From positions 1-49,671 of the forward strand of contig JAXLQJ010000052.1 in assembly GCA_046331705.1 (NCBI GenBank): a stretch of 49,671 nt of DNA, read 5' to 3'. Source of the DNA: a bacterium. Lineage in GTDB: Bacteria; JADJOY01. The notes under the pieces are model-generated. The model saw only the letters and a list, made by a program, of their open reading frames with translations, searched no databases and was not told where the DNA came from. Shown here in pieces: positions 19,458-29,543 of the stretch; the first letter of the stretch is position 1, and the number at the start of each line of letters is the position of its first letter. Made by a program: the position numbers and the translations under genes.

Positions 19458-20510
19458 ATGAAGCAGTCGGCGGGCATGGCCGCGCCGCGTGGCGCGGGCA
19501 CCTGGCGAGTGCGCGCAGCGTTCGCGCTCGGCGCGATCGTGCTGGCGGCGCTGGTGGCGTGGTGGGTGATTCCGCCCCGCGCGACGCCCGCGCCGTCCGG
19601 CACGAGCTACGACCGGCGCGACAATGCGATGTGGCTGAGCCGTCACTGGCTTCACGAGCCCGTGTCCGACGACGAGCTCGACGTCCTCGTCGCGCGCCTG
19701 GCGAGTCACGGCATCGCCACCGTCTATCCCTTCCTCGGTCCGATGGACGAGCGCGGCTGGCCCGGCTGGCGCGATCGCGGCGTGATCCGGCGCTTTCGCC
19801 ACCAGCAGGCGCGCGACTTTCGCCAGCGCCTCCGCGACCGCGCACCGAACGTGCGGGTGGTGCCGTGGACCGGCGGGATCTATCGCGAGGACGTCGTGCT
19901 CGCGGATCGCGCTCGGATCGCGGGGTTCCTCGAGCAAGCTCGTTGGCTGACCACCGACGGCGGGTTCGACGGCATCCACCTCAACGTCGAGCCGCTCCAC
20001 GACGATGACCCCGAGTTCCTCGCATTCCTCGCGGAGCTGCGCGAGGAGTTGCCGGCCGGCCGTCTGCTGTCGGTCGCGGCTTATCCGCCCACGACATTGC
20101 TTCACCCCTACAAACGCGTGCACTGGAGCCGTGGCTACCTCGACCGCGTGTGCCGGGTCGCCGACGATCTCGCCGTCATGACCTACGACACCGCGCTGCG
20201 GTGGCCCACGATCTACGTGCGGCTCATGGCGCTGTGGACGCGCGAGCTGGCGACGCTACCGGCGGTGCGCGCGTCCGAGTGCGAGCTGCGCCTGGGCGTG
20301 CCCACGTACGAGGACGTGGCGCCCTGGCACGATCCCCGGACGGAGACGGTGACCACCGCGCTCGTGGGCATCCGCTCGGGTCTCGCCAGGCTGGCGAGCG
20401 CGCCCACCGCCGTGCGCGGGATCGCGATCTACGCGGATTGGACCACCGACGCGGACGAGTGGGCGCGGATCGATGGCGAGTGGATCGCGGGCGGTGCGCG
20501 CGGAGGCTGA
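19458..20510 (+). CDS. Membrane-anchored GH18-like TIM-barrel protein
   Basis: N-terminal TM helix; GFDGIHLNVEP, LAVMTYDT, LGVPTY. Confidence 0.7.
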   Translation: MKQSAGMAAPRGAGTWRVRAAFALGAIVLAALVAWWVIPPRATPAPSGTSYDRRDNAMWLSRHWLHEPVSDDELDVLVARLASHGIATVYPFLGPMDERGWPGWRDRGVIRRFRHQQARDFRQRLRDRAPNVRVVPWTGGIYREDVVLADRARIAGFLEQARWLTTDGGFDGIHLNVEPLHDDDPEFLAFLAELREELPAGRLLSVAAYPPTTLLHPYKRVHWSRGYLDRVCRVADDLAVMTYDTALRWPTIYVRLMALWTRELATLPAVRASECELRLGVPTYEDVAPWHDPRTETVTTALVGIRSGLARLASAPTAVRGIAIYADWTTDADEWARIDGEWIAGGARGG

Positions 20511-20525
20511 CGCAGCGTCGGCTGG

Positions 20526-21050
20526 TCAACGCCGCAGGATCGCGGCGAGGGCGATCCGTGCGCCAGGCGCGCCGCCGGTTTCGCCTGCGTGCGCTGCGTC
20601 GATCGCGAGCAGCAGCGTCGAGAGCGTGGTCTGGTCGAGGACGCAGTCGGGGTCCGCGGCGGCGGCACCGCGCTCCGTGAAATTCCGAAAGCAGGTGCTC
20701 ACGGTTGCCGCACCGCCCGGTTCGCGCTGACGGATCGGGACGCCATGGGAGCGGCACACCAGGGGACGCGCGTCGTAGATCGCGCAGCGTCCGTCGTCCT
20801 CGAGCGCGGCGCAGCGCTCGGGATCCTCGCGCGCGGCGCGCGCGGCGAGACGGTCGCGGGTGGCTTGCGGCAGCGTCGCCGCTCGCGCGCGGATCGTCGC
20901 GGCTTCCACCGACGTCACGCTCAGCTGCACGTGGCAGCAATCGTGACATCCGGAGCCGCAGAGCATGTCGTCGGCGTGGCGCGCCTGGACCCGGGCGAAG
21001 AACGCGTCGACCTTGGCGGTGAGCTCGCGATAGCGGTCGATCGCGCTCAT
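20526..21050 (-). CDS. YkgJ-family cysteine-cluster (CxxxCxxCC) protein
   Basis: CGSGCHDCC, CAAL, GRCAIYDARPLVCR. Confidence 0.9.
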   Translation of the reverse strand: MSAIDRYRELTAKVDAFFARVQARHADDMLCGSGCHDCCHVQLSVTSVEAATIRARAATLPQATRDRLAARAAREDPERCAALEDDGRCAIYDARPLVCRSHGVPIRQREPGGAATVSTCFRNFTERGAAAADPDCVLDQTTLSTLLLAIDAAHAGETGGAPGARIALAAILRR

Positions 21051-21072
21051 CGAACGCCCGGGTGCCGCGCGC

Positions 21073-21768
21073 TCAGCCGATCAGCCGCGCGATCGTGAAC
21101 GCGGCCGCCGCGGCGAGACCACCGACCAAGAGTGTGTGAAGCGCGCCGCGCCAGCGGTTGGTCCCCGCGAAATGCGCCTTCACCCAGCCGAACACGACCA
21201 GGGCGAGCGCCGTGACCGCCACCGACGCCTCGAGCGCCGCGTCGGAGGCGCTCACGAAGAAATACGGCGCGAGCGGCACCATGCCGCCCACGACGTACGC
21301 GCTGCCGATGGTGAGCCCGCTGCGGAGCGCGCGTTTCGGGTCGGGCTTCTCGAGCCCGAGCTCGAAGCGCATCATGAACTCGACCAGCGCGTCGGGTCGC
21401 TTCATGAGCGACTTCACGACCGCGCGACTTTCCTCGGCGTCGAGGCCGTAGGTCTCGAGCACCTCGACGACTTCCTTCGCTTCCTGGCCGGGCTTCTCCT
21501 CCACCTCCCACACTTCCCGCGCCCGCTCGCTCGCGTAGTGCTCGGCATCGCCGCGCGCGGCGAGATAGCCGCCCAGGCCCATGGCGATGGCGCCGGCGGC
21601 CACCTCGGCGAGGCCGGCGGTGATCACGATCTTGCTCGCCGCGACCGCGCCCGTGAGGCCCGCGGCGAGCGCGAACGGCACGGTGAGGCCGTCGGCCATG
21701 CCGATCACGACGTCGCGGACGACTTCGCTGCCCTTGAAGTGGCGCTCGGCGTGTGGGGTCTGGGGCAT
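21073..21768 (-). CDS. VIT1/CCC1 family Fe/Mn transporter
   Basis: RDVVIGMADGLTVPFALAAGL, GAIAMGLGGYLAA, FMMRFELGL; start taken at MPQTPH. Confidence 0.93.
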   Translation of the reverse strand: MPQTPHAERHFKGSEVVRDVVIGMADGLTVPFALAAGLTGAVAASKIVITAGLAEVAAGAIAMGLGGYLAARGDAEHYASERAREVWEVEEKPGQEAKEVVEVLETYGLDAEESRAVVKSLMKRPDALVEFMMRFELGLEKPDPKRALRSGLTIGSAYVVGGMVPLAPYFFVSASDAALEASVAVTALALVVFGWVKAHFAGTNRWRGALHTLLVGGLAAAAAFTIARLIG

Positions 21769-21969
21769 CGCGGTGCCGGTCGCCGGGCAGGTCGAGCCTC
21801 GCCCGAGCTCGCGTGAACGACTCGCGCTCGGGTTTATCACAGGGCGATCGCGATCACGTGGCACGCGTCGCGCCGAACGATGCTCCGCGGCGGGCGAGTG
21901 CCAACGCGCCGCCGTCACGCTAGATGTTGGTCCGCGCGGCGCATCGCGCAGGCAACGACGGGGGTGCAC

Positions 21970-22704
21970 GTGAGCGAGTCGACGGCCGAGATCGAGCTTC
22001 ACGACGTGACCAAGAGCTACGCCAGCGCGATCGAGGACGAAGCCGCGCCGGCGGGCTCGGAGGAGGCGGTCGTGCACGCGTTGCGCGGCGTCTCCTTGAC
22101 CATCCACGCGGGTGAGCTGGTCGCGATCGTGGGGCCGTCCGGGTCCGGGAAGAGCACGCTGCTCAACCTCGTGGGCGCGCTCGACCGCGCCACCACCGGC
22201 AGCGTGAGGATCGGTGGCAGGGACCTGGGGGCGCTCGACGACGGTGCGCTGACGGCGCTCCGGCGCGACCGCATCGGCTTCGTGTTCCAGTTCTTCAACT
22301 TGCTGCCCACCCTGAGCGCGCTCGAGAACGTCATGCTGCCGTCGCTGCTCGCCGGCGAGAAGCTCAAGGCCGTTCGTCCGCGCGCGGAGCGGCGCCTGCA
22401 AGAGGTGGGCGTGGGCCATCGCCTGGGCCACCGGCCGCACCAGCTCTCGGGAGGCGAGATGCAGCGGGTGGCGATCGCCCGCGCGCTGGTGAACGACCCG
22501 CCGCTGGTGCTCGCCGACGAGCCCACCGGCAATCTCGACACGCGCACCGGCGAAGAGGTGCTGAGCCTGCTCTTCGGCACCGCCGGCGCCCAGCGCACGG
22601 TGGTGCTCATCACCCACGATCCGCGCATCGCCGCGCGCGCCAGCCGCGTCATCACGCTGCGCGACGGCGAGGTCGTCTCCGATCAGCGGACGGCAGCGTC
22701 ATGA
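21970..22704 (+). CDS. ABC transporter ATP-binding protein (LolD/MacB-like)
   Basis: [39 protein letters not shown] start inferred. Confidence 0.93.
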   Translation: MSESTAEIELHDVTKSYASAIEDEAAPAGSEEAVVHALRGVSLTIHAGELVAIVGPSGSGKSTLLNLVGALDRATTGSVRIGGRDLGALDDGALTALRRDRIGFVFQFFNLLPTLSALENVMLPSLLAGEKLKAVRPRAERRLQEVGVGHRLGHRPHQLSGGEMQRVAIARALVNDPPLVLADEPTGNLDTRTGEEVLSLLFGTAGAQRTVVLITHDPRIAARASRVITLRDGEVVSDQRTAAS

Positions 22705-25298
22705 GCGGTTTTCGCGCGCTGGTGCGTTTCATCTCGCTCCGGCACCTCGTCACGCGGCCGGTGCGGACGCTGCTCACGCTGCTCGGCGTGGCGTTCGGTG
22801 TGGCGCTGGTGGTGGGCATGCGCGCCACCAACGCGTCGGTGCTCGCCGCCTTCGACGACCTCGCCGATCGTGCAGCGGGGAAGGCCGATCTCGAGATCGT
22901 GGGGGACGAGGCGGGCATCGAGATGGCCTTGCTCGAGGAGCTCGACGAGCACCGCGACCTCGCCAAGCACTTCGCGGGGCGGATCGAGCAGACGAGCTAC
23001 TTGAAGGGAACCAACGGCAAGCCGGGGCTTCGGGTGCTGGTGCTGGGCGTCGACTTCTTCGGCGATCTCGACTTCCTGCCCTTCAAGACCGCCAAGGGGC
23101 CGGACGTCTTCGAGGACGCGATCGAGTTCGTGAACGCGCCGGGTGCGGTGCTGGTGAGCGAGACGCTCGCGCGCGAGCAAGGCCTCGACGTCGGCTCGTC
23201 CATGTGGCTGCGCACCTCGGAAGGCCTGCGCGAGTTCCACGTCTGGTCGGTGCTGGCCGACGACGGCAAGGCGCGCGCGTTCGGCGGCCAGGTGCTGATC
23301 TTGAATCTGGACGCGGCGCAGGTGGGTTTCGTGCGCGGCACCAAGGTGGATCGGATCGACGTCGAGCTGATGCCGGGGATCTCGCGCGACGAGGGCAAGG
23401 CGCGCCTGCAAGCGCTGGTTCGCGACCGCGCCCGCGTCGAGACGCCGTCCAAGCGTTCGGACCAGCTCGCCCGCATGACGTCGAGCTTTCGCAACGGGAT
23501 GGAGCTCACGGGCAGCATCGCGGTGCTGATCGGCATGTTCCTGATCTACAACGCGGTGGCGGTGTCGGTGGCCGAACGGCGGCGCGAGATCGGCATCCTG
23601 CGCAGCGTGGGTGTCTCGCGCGTCCGGGTCGCGGGGGTGTTCCTCGCGGAGGCGGCGGTGCTCGGCTCGGTGGGCAGCGCGCTGGGCGTGCTCATCGGCC
23701 GAGTGCTGGCGACGCGAATCGTCGGCGACTTCGCGCCCACGGTGTCGCGGCTCTTCGAGAACATCTCGACGCCGCACGTGAGCGTGGGGCGGGATCTCGC
23801 GATCCTCGGTCTGGTGCTCGGCCTCGCCGCCACGCTCGGCGCGGCGTGGTGGCCGGCGCGGGAGGCGGCGCACCTGCAGCCCGTGGAGACGCTGCGGCGC
23901 GATCTGCACGCGACGGGCGTGCGGCGGCGATCGGTGCGCGGTCTCGTGCTGCTCTCGGCGGCGGGGTTCGGCGTGGCGGCCGTGCTCTCGTTCCAGCCCA
24001 GCCTGCTCGCGGGCTTCGCCGCGGCGGTGCTGGTCTTCCTCGCGGGCGTCGCGCTCACGCCGGCGATCGTTTCCGTGCTGACGCCCACGGCGGCGCAGCT
24101 CGCGTTGCGCGTGGTGGGTCCGTCGGCGCGCCTCGGCGTCGAGAACGTCACCCGCGAGCTGGCGCGCAGCTCCATCTCCGTGGGTGCGCTGATGCTCGCC
24201 GCGTGCTTGAGCGTCACGCTGTCGAGCTACACGCATTCGTACGAGAAGAGCTGCCTCGAGTGGATCGAGCACGCGATCCCCGCCGACATGCTCGTGCACG
24301 CCGGCTCGCCCACGATCGATCGCGAGAGCGTTCCCTACTCGCCGAGCTGGCGCGCGGTGGTGGCGGATCTGCCCGGGGTCGACGGCACCAACTTGATCCG
24401 GACCATCTCCATCCCGTGGCAGGACCTGCGGCTCGAGGCCTTGCACCTCGACTCGTACGACTACTTCCGCCGCATGGAGACGAGCTCGTATCGCCGCGTC
24501 ATCGAAGGTCCGTATCCGACTCCGCGCGATGCGCTCACGCGCGAGCCATCGGTGATGATCAGCGAGAACCTGGCGTGGAAGAAGCACCTGAAGCCGGGCG
24601 ACACCATCGATCTGCCGTCGCCCACCGGTACCCACGCGTTCAAGATCCAGGCGGTGATCGTGGATTACTCGACCGATCAGGGCTGGCTCATGATGGACCG
24701 GCGCTGGGCCGTCCAGTTCTGGCAGGACGAGGCGGTCGAGGGCATGCACGTCTACGTGAAGCCCGGCGCCGACGTCGACGAGGTCGCGAGCCGGGTGCGC
24801 GCCGCGCTCGCGGCTGCCACCGGTGACGACGGCGGGCTCTTCGTGACCACCTCCAAGGTCTTCAAGGAGGAGATACGCCACGTGATCCGGCAGACCTTCG
24901 CCATCTCCAGGGCCAGCGAGGCGGTGGCGCTCTTGGTCGCGGTTTTCGGCGTGGTGGGGACGATGCTGGCGGGCGTGCTGGCGCGCACCCGCGAGATCGG
25001 CGTGCTGCGCGCGATCGGCGCCAAGCGCCACCAGGTGGTGGCGAGCGTGGTCGCCGAGGCCGCGTGGCTCGGGTTCTGCGCGGCGCTCGTCGGGGCGCTG
25101 GTGGCGGTGCCGTCGTCGCTGGTGTTCGTGAAGGTGATCGGCGTCCAGGCGAGCGGCTGGCACGTCCCGTTTCGTTATCCGTGGCTCGCGGCCGCGCGCA
25201 TGACCGTGAGCGTGATCGCGCTCGCGGCGGCGGCGGGATTCGTGCCGGGCCTACGCGCCGCGCGGCTGGTGGTCCAGGACGCGCTCGCCTACGAGTGA
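22701..25298 (+). CDS. ABC transporter permease (two MacB/FtsX units)
   Basis: RTLLTLLGV, ERRREIGILRSVG, RTREIGVLRAIG; ATGA overlap with the ATPase gene. Confidence 0.92.
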   Translation: MSGFRALVRFISLRHLVTRPVRTLLTLLGVAFGVALVVGMRATNASVLAAFDDLADRAAGKADLEIVGDEAGIEMALLEELDEHRDLAKHFAGRIEQTSYLKGTNGKPGLRVLVLGVDFFGDLDFLPFKTAKGPDVFEDAIEFVNAPGAVLVSETLAREQGLDVGSSMWLRTSEGLREFHVWSVLADDGKARAFGGQVLILNLDAAQVGFVRGTKVDRIDVELMPGISRDEGKARLQALVRDRARVETPSKRSDQLARMTSSFRNGMELTGSIAVLIGMFLIYNAVAVSVAERRREIGILRSVGVSRVRVAGVFLAEAAVLGSVGSALGVLIGRVLATRIVGDFAPTVSRLFENISTPHVSVGRDLAILGLVLGLAATLGAAWWPAREAAHLQPVETLRRDLHATGVRRRSVRGLVLLSAAGFGVAAVLSFQPSLLAGFAAAVLVFLAGVALTPAIVSVLTPTAAQLALRVVGPSARLGVENVTRELARSSISVGALMLAACLSVTLSSYTHSYEKSCLEWIEHAIPADMLVHAGSPTIDRESVPYSPSWRAVVADLPGVDGTNLIRTISIPWQDLRLEALHLDSYDYFRRMETSSYRRVIEGPYPTPRDALTREPSVMISENLAWKKHLKPGDTIDLPSPTGTHAFKIQAVIVDYSTDQGWLMMDRRWAVQFWQDEAVEGMHVYVKPGADVDEVASRVRAALAAATGDDGGLFVTTSKVFKEEIRHVIRQTFAISRASEAVALLVAVFGVVGTMLAGVLARTREIGVLRAIGAKRHQVVASVVAEAAWLGFCAALVGALVAVPSSLVFVKVIGVQASGWHVPFRYPWLAAARMTVSVIALAAAAGFVPGLRAARLVVQDALAYE

Positions 25299-25347
25299 GG
25301 GGGGCCGCCGCACGGGGCGGGCGGACGATCCCGACCCGTCGAGAGCG

Positions 25348-26820
25348 TCAACGCCGCGCGCGAGACCAGCGCCGGTTGCGCCGCGCAGCCCGCGCCACCA
25401 TCCCGAGCACGCCGGCGGCGAGACCGAACGGTCCCGCGGAGCGCGCGTCCGCGCCGGCCACGCTGCCGCAGCCGGTATCGGGCGTCGACGCGTTGCAGTC
25501 GTCGTCGAGACCGTTGTTCTTCACCTCGGTCTTGCCCGGGTTCACGTTGGCGTTGGTGTCGAGGCAATCGACCTCGGCGGGGTAGCCGTCGCCGTCGGCG
25601 TCGGTCTTGCCGTAGAGATACGTCGATCCGGTGAGCGGCAGGCCGTTGGCGTCGGCCGCCACCGCCAGCCACGTGCCGTCGGTGGCCACCGCCGCGCCGA
25701 AGTCCTCGTCGGTGGTGCTGTCCGAGGTGGTGATCTTCCGGAGCTGCGTCCAGGTGGGGCCGCTCTTCGTGAAGAGATACGTGGCGCCGGTGTTGATGCC
25801 GCGGTCATCGTCGCCGACCGAGCCCACCACCAAGAGACCGTTCCTGAGCGCCAGCGCTGCGCCGAAGCGGTCCTGCGCACCGGCATCCGCCGGGACGATC
25901 TTCTGGACTTGCGCGTAGGTGCCGCTGGATTGCTCGAATGCGTAGACGGCGCCCGCGTTGTTGCCTTGCGCGGCGTCCCCCCAGGCGCTCACCACCAGCG
26001 ATGTTCCGCTCAGTGCCACGCGCTCGCCGAAGTAACGCTTCGCTGCCGCATCGCTCGCCACCAGCTTCTGCGTCTCGCTCCAGACGCTCCCGCCTTTCTG
26101 GAAGACGTAGACCGCGCCCGTGAAGTTGCCGTGGCTGGCATCGCCGGGTGCTCCCACGGCGATGGTGGAGCCCGAGATGTCCACGGAGGTGCCGAAGATG
26201 TGCGTCGCCGCGCCGTCGCTCGCGACGAGCTTCTGTGTCTGGGTCCAGGCGCTGCCGACCTTGTCGAAGACGTACACGGCGCCGGAGCCTGGGCCCTGAT
26301 CGCCCTTGCGCGCCGCACCCACCACCGCCGTGGTGCCGCTGACGGCGATCCACGAGCCGAAGTCGTCTTGCGCTCCCGGATCGCTCGGCAGCAGCTGCTG
26401 GGTGGCGGCCCAGGTCGAACCGCTCTTCTCGAACACGTACGCCGTGGCGGCGTTGGATCCCAGGGTGTTGAGCTGGGGGGTGGTCGATGCGACGAGCGTC
26501 GTGCCTTCCAGATCGAGCGCCCCGAACCACTCGCCGATCTGAATCCCCGGCGGCTGGAACTTCTGCGCCTGCGTCCATTTCCCGCCCGCCTGCGTGAAGG
26601 CGTAGAGCGATCCGGGTCCGGATTGTGGGATGACCGCGCCCTTCGACACGATCACGGTGCTGCCGTCGATCGCGATGGCGAGGCCGAAGGTGTCGAATTG
26701 CTGGCCGTCGCTGGGCCCGAGCTTGGCCCAATGAGTGGTGGCGCTCGCCAGCGCCGGCCACGTCGCAGCCATCAGCACCGCCGCGGACGCGTGCCGCCAC
26801 ATCGATCGAGCCCGTTTCAT
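25348..26820 (-). CDS. Secreted FG-GAP beta-propeller protein with MopE-like metal-binding motif and C-terminal sorting signal
   Basis: Seven FG-x-x-V-A-I-x-G repeats; DADGDGY..DCLD...NPG..E..NNGLDDDCN; GC-hydrophobic-Arg tail. Confidence 0.85.
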   Translation of the reverse strand: MKRARSMWRHASAAVLMAATWPALASATTHWAKLGPSDGQQFDTFGLAIAIDGSTVIVSKGAVIPQSGPGSLYAFTQAGGKWTQAQKFQPPGIQIGEWFGALDLEGTTLVASTTPQLNTLGSNAATAYVFEKSGSTWAATQQLLPSDPGAQDDFGSWIAVSGTTAVVGAARKGDQGPGSGAVYVFDKVGSAWTQTQKLVASDGAATHIFGTSVDISGSTIAVGAPGDASHGNFTGAVYVFQKGGSVWSETQKLVASDAAAKRYFGERVALSGTSLVVSAWGDAAQGNNAGAVYAFEQSSGTYAQVQKIVPADAGAQDRFGAALALRNGLLVVGSVGDDDRGINTGATYLFTKSGPTWTQLRKITTSDSTTDEDFGAAVATDGTWLAVAADANGLPLTGSTYLYGKTDADGDGYPAEVDCLDTNANVNPGKTEVKNNGLDDDCNASTPDTGCGSVAGADARSAGPFGLAAGVLGMVARAARRNRRWSRARR

Positions 26821-26982
26821 CGGCCACTCCCTTCGCGAGGTAACGACGAGCCTACCAAACCCGTTTCGAACCGGTCCAACCGATGGGCCGTATTGGTTGC
26901 CGAGCAGATGCGGTTTCACCGAGCCGCGGCGTATGCTCTACGGACATCGACGGACTTCGGTTCACCGGGTGGGGACGGAACC

Positions 26983-28764
26983 ATGACGAAGCGTGAGCGG
27001 CGAGGAGTGGGTCGGGCGAGGACGCGAGCCAGCATCGCGGGGCTCGCGTTGTTGGCGGCCGGCGGCGGCTGGCTCGCGTTCGCGACACCTGGCGCGAGCG
27101 CGGCGAACCGGGCGCGAACGGCGCTCGCGCTCGATGCGCCGACGGCGGCGACGCTTCCCGATTGGCGCTTCGGCTTCGAATACTGGGAAGTGTTCGGCCC
27201 GACGGTGACGCCCGCCCAGCACGCCGCGCTGCTCGACAAGCTCGCGGTGGTGACGGCGACCCAGCCCGCGCGCGGTGGCATCAACGTCAACGAGATCGGC
27301 GGCGGCTGGTCCACGATGCAACCCACGCCGAGCTCGCCTTACGATTTCAGCCAGTCGGACCTCGCCGTCCAGACGATCGGCGCGAAGGGGTTTTCCACCG
27401 TCTGGAACCTGCGCCCCACGGCGCCATGGTCGATGGTCGGCAACCCGGATTGCGTCGACGGTCCCGGCAACGACGAATGCGCTCCCGACGCCGCCCACGA
27501 ACAGGCGTGGAAGGATTACGTGAAGGCCGTCGTCGAACGCTACGACGGCGACGGCATCGACGACATGCCGGGACTCGCGGTTCCCGTGCAGTTCTACGTG
27601 ATGGATCAGGAGATCGCGTTCGAGGGCACCGAGGGCACCGGCGACTACGCCGAGGCCCTCGGCTACGGCTTCTGGGACGACTCGATCCCGCACCTGGTGC
27701 GCTTGCACAAGCTCACGTACGAGGCCATCCACGAGGCCGACCCCACCGGGTTCTCCAAGCTCGTCGGTAGCGGCGGGCTCATCTTCGACCTCTACTCCGA
27801 CTTCCCGGAGTATCCGAACCCGAATCCCGGACCCGGAAGCGTCGTGTCCGCGCGCCTCGACGGCGCGAACCCCAAGGGCGCGATCTTCCGCGAAGGCTTC
27901 GATGGCCTGGTCGAGCTGATGACTGCGCTTGGCGACGACAGCGACGGGGTGAAGTGCGACTACATCGAATGGCACCCGCACAACGGCTGGCGCGCCATCG
28001 ATCAGACGCTCGCGCTCATCACGCAGTACGCGCCCAACAAGCCGATCTTCATCGACGACATGTGGTCCAACATGTTCGCGCGCAACACGCCGCTTCCCGG
28101 CTGGACCATGTTCATCGGCGGCGATCAGATCGAGGGAGATTTTCCCAACGCAACCGTCTCGGACTACTCGACCCTCGCCGACGGCCTCAAGAACAACAAC
28201 ACCACGCTGGTGAACTGGTACAACGCCAAGGGCGCGCGCGGCGCGGTGAAGTCCTTCGCCACCGCGCTCGGCGCGGGCGCCGAGCGCGTCTCGTTCACCG
28301 GCTCGAACGATCCGTGCGCCTATCAGTTCCTGACGAGCTGCCTCGATCAGCAGCTCATCTTCTCGTGGTTCGGCTATTCGCACCTGCTCGGGACCAAGGC
28401 CACCAATTACGCCTACAAGCCCGTCTACTGGACCTTCAAGCTGCTGGTCGAGAAGCTCCAATCGATGAGCGCGGTGACGCGGCTCGGCGTCAGCGCGAAT
28501 CAGCTCACGCGCGTCTACAAATTCGATCGCCCGAGCGGTGGGCCGGTGTACGTGGCGTGGAGCGAGGCTGGCCCCGTGCCCGCGGATCCGGCGGTGCCGA
28601 ACGGCGAGACGGTGTCGGTGCCGGTCGGCTCGGCGAGCATCAAGCTCACCAAGATCATCACGGCGCCGGGTCAGACGGTGCCGTCGACCCAAACGTTGTC
28701 GGCGCCCGGTAATCAGCTCACGATCCAGCTCGGATTCGAGCCGATCTTCTTCGAAGAGTTGTGA
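26983..28764 (+). CDS. Secreted glycoside-hydrolase-like protein (clan GH-A-like barrel plus beta-sandwich)
   Basis: Signal peptide; YDFSQSD, WKDYVKAVVERYDGDG, AIHEADP, WHPH, KPIFIDD, KPVYWTFK, VYVAW. Confidence 0.7.
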   Translation: MTKRERRGVGRARTRASIAGLALLAAGGGWLAFATPGASAANRARTALALDAPTAATLPDWRFGFEYWEVFGPTVTPAQHAALLDKLAVVTATQPARGGINVNEIGGGWSTMQPTPSSPYDFSQSDLAVQTIGAKGFSTVWNLRPTAPWSMVGNPDCVDGPGNDECAPDAAHEQAWKDYVKAVVERYDGDGIDDMPGLAVPVQFYVMDQEIAFEGTEGTGDYAEALGYGFWDDSIPHLVRLHKLTYEAIHEADPTGFSKLVGSGGLIFDLYSDFPEYPNPNPGPGSVVSARLDGANPKGAIFREGFDGLVELMTALGDDSDGVKCDYIEWHPHNGWRAIDQTLALITQYAPNKPIFIDDMWSNMFARNTPLPGWTMFIGGDQIEGDFPNATVSDYSTLADGLKNNNTTLVNWYNAKGARGAVKSFATALGAGAERVSFTGSNDPCAYQFLTSCLDQQLIFSWFGYSHLLGTKATNYAYKPVYWTFKLLVEKLQSMSAVTRLGVSANQLTRVYKFDRPSGGPVYVAWSEAGPVPADPAVPNGETVSVPVGSASIKLTKIITAPGQTVPSTQTLSAPGNQLTIQLGFEPIFFEEL

Positions 28765-28783
28765 GCTTTGCTCGTATCGAGCG

Positions 28784-29365
28784 TCAGCGGACGTCGGGTT
28801 GCGCTTCGATGTACGCGAGGTGCTCGGTGTAGCCGGGGATGCACGCCTCGTAGTCGCCGGGCTGGCAGGAGGTCTCGTTGGTGCGCTCGAGCGCCCAGGT
28901 GCGCTCGATGGGAATGCCCACGGCGTTGTAGGCGGTGAAATCCGTCGACGAGTCGCCGTACCCGTAGACGAAGACGCGATCCTCGTCGCGCTCGAGACCG
29001 CCCAAGAGCGCGGTCTTGTAGCCCGCCGCGTCGCCGCTCTGCGAGAGCGTCGCCATGTAGAGCGGCAGGTCGGGGAAGCCGTTGGTGGCGAGCCAGTTGC
29101 GCGTGAAGTCCTCGAAGAAGGCCGGCCGCGCGGTCGCGTAGACCACGGCGTAGCCCTTGTCGACGTAGGCGCGCACCGCGCGTGCCGCATCCGGGCGCGC
29201 GTCGAAGATGTCGATGGTGGTGGGCGTGAGCGTGCCGTCGATGTCGAAGACGACGCTGGGGATGCCTGGCGGAAAGGCTGCGCCATGATCCTCGTTGCCG
29301 CACGCCGAGAGCGTGGCGGCGAGCGCGCACCCGGCGAGGCAGGTGAGTCGGTGCGGGAACCGCAT
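28784..29365 (-). CDS. HAD/LNS2-like phosphatase lipoprotein
   Basis: Lipobox LSAC; VFDIDGTLT, YATARP, YGYGDSSTD. Confidence 0.8.
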   Translation of the reverse strand: MRFPHRLTCLAGCALAATLSACGNEDHGAAFPPGIPSVVFDIDGTLTPTTIDIFDARPDAARAVRAYVDKGYAVVYATARPAFFEDFTRNWLATNGFPDLPLYMATLSQSGDAAGYKTALLGGLERDEDRVFVYGYGDSSTDFTAYNAVGIPIERTWALERTNETSCQPGDYEACIPGYTEHLAYIEAQPDVR

Positions 29366-29543
29366 GCGTGATCTCCTCCGCGTCGCGCCGGGCGCACCGG
29401 CGCGAACGCGTCACAAGGATGTCACGCAATCGACATTCGAGGCTCGTCGCCGACCGTCGGCACGCCCGTGCTGGCGACACGCGCGCCGGGTCGGCGCGGT
29501 GCGCGGTGTACGATCCCGGGGTGCGAAGTCGGAGGATCGGCGC

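Noticed and set aside
21859-21873. TGGCAC-N5-GCGC as a sigma-54 promoter for the ABC operon
   Set aside because: Spacing is right but the -12 element is poor and there is no supporting enhancer; a chance match is likely at this GC content.
25909-26982. 5' extension of the 951-aa ORF, and similar extensions of 585..1898, 11572..14223, 18870..20510, 21073..22617, 30222..31634, 35514..38015 and 47433..48887
   Set aside because: The extensions overlap other real genes; internal starts with an RBS or signal peptide fit better.
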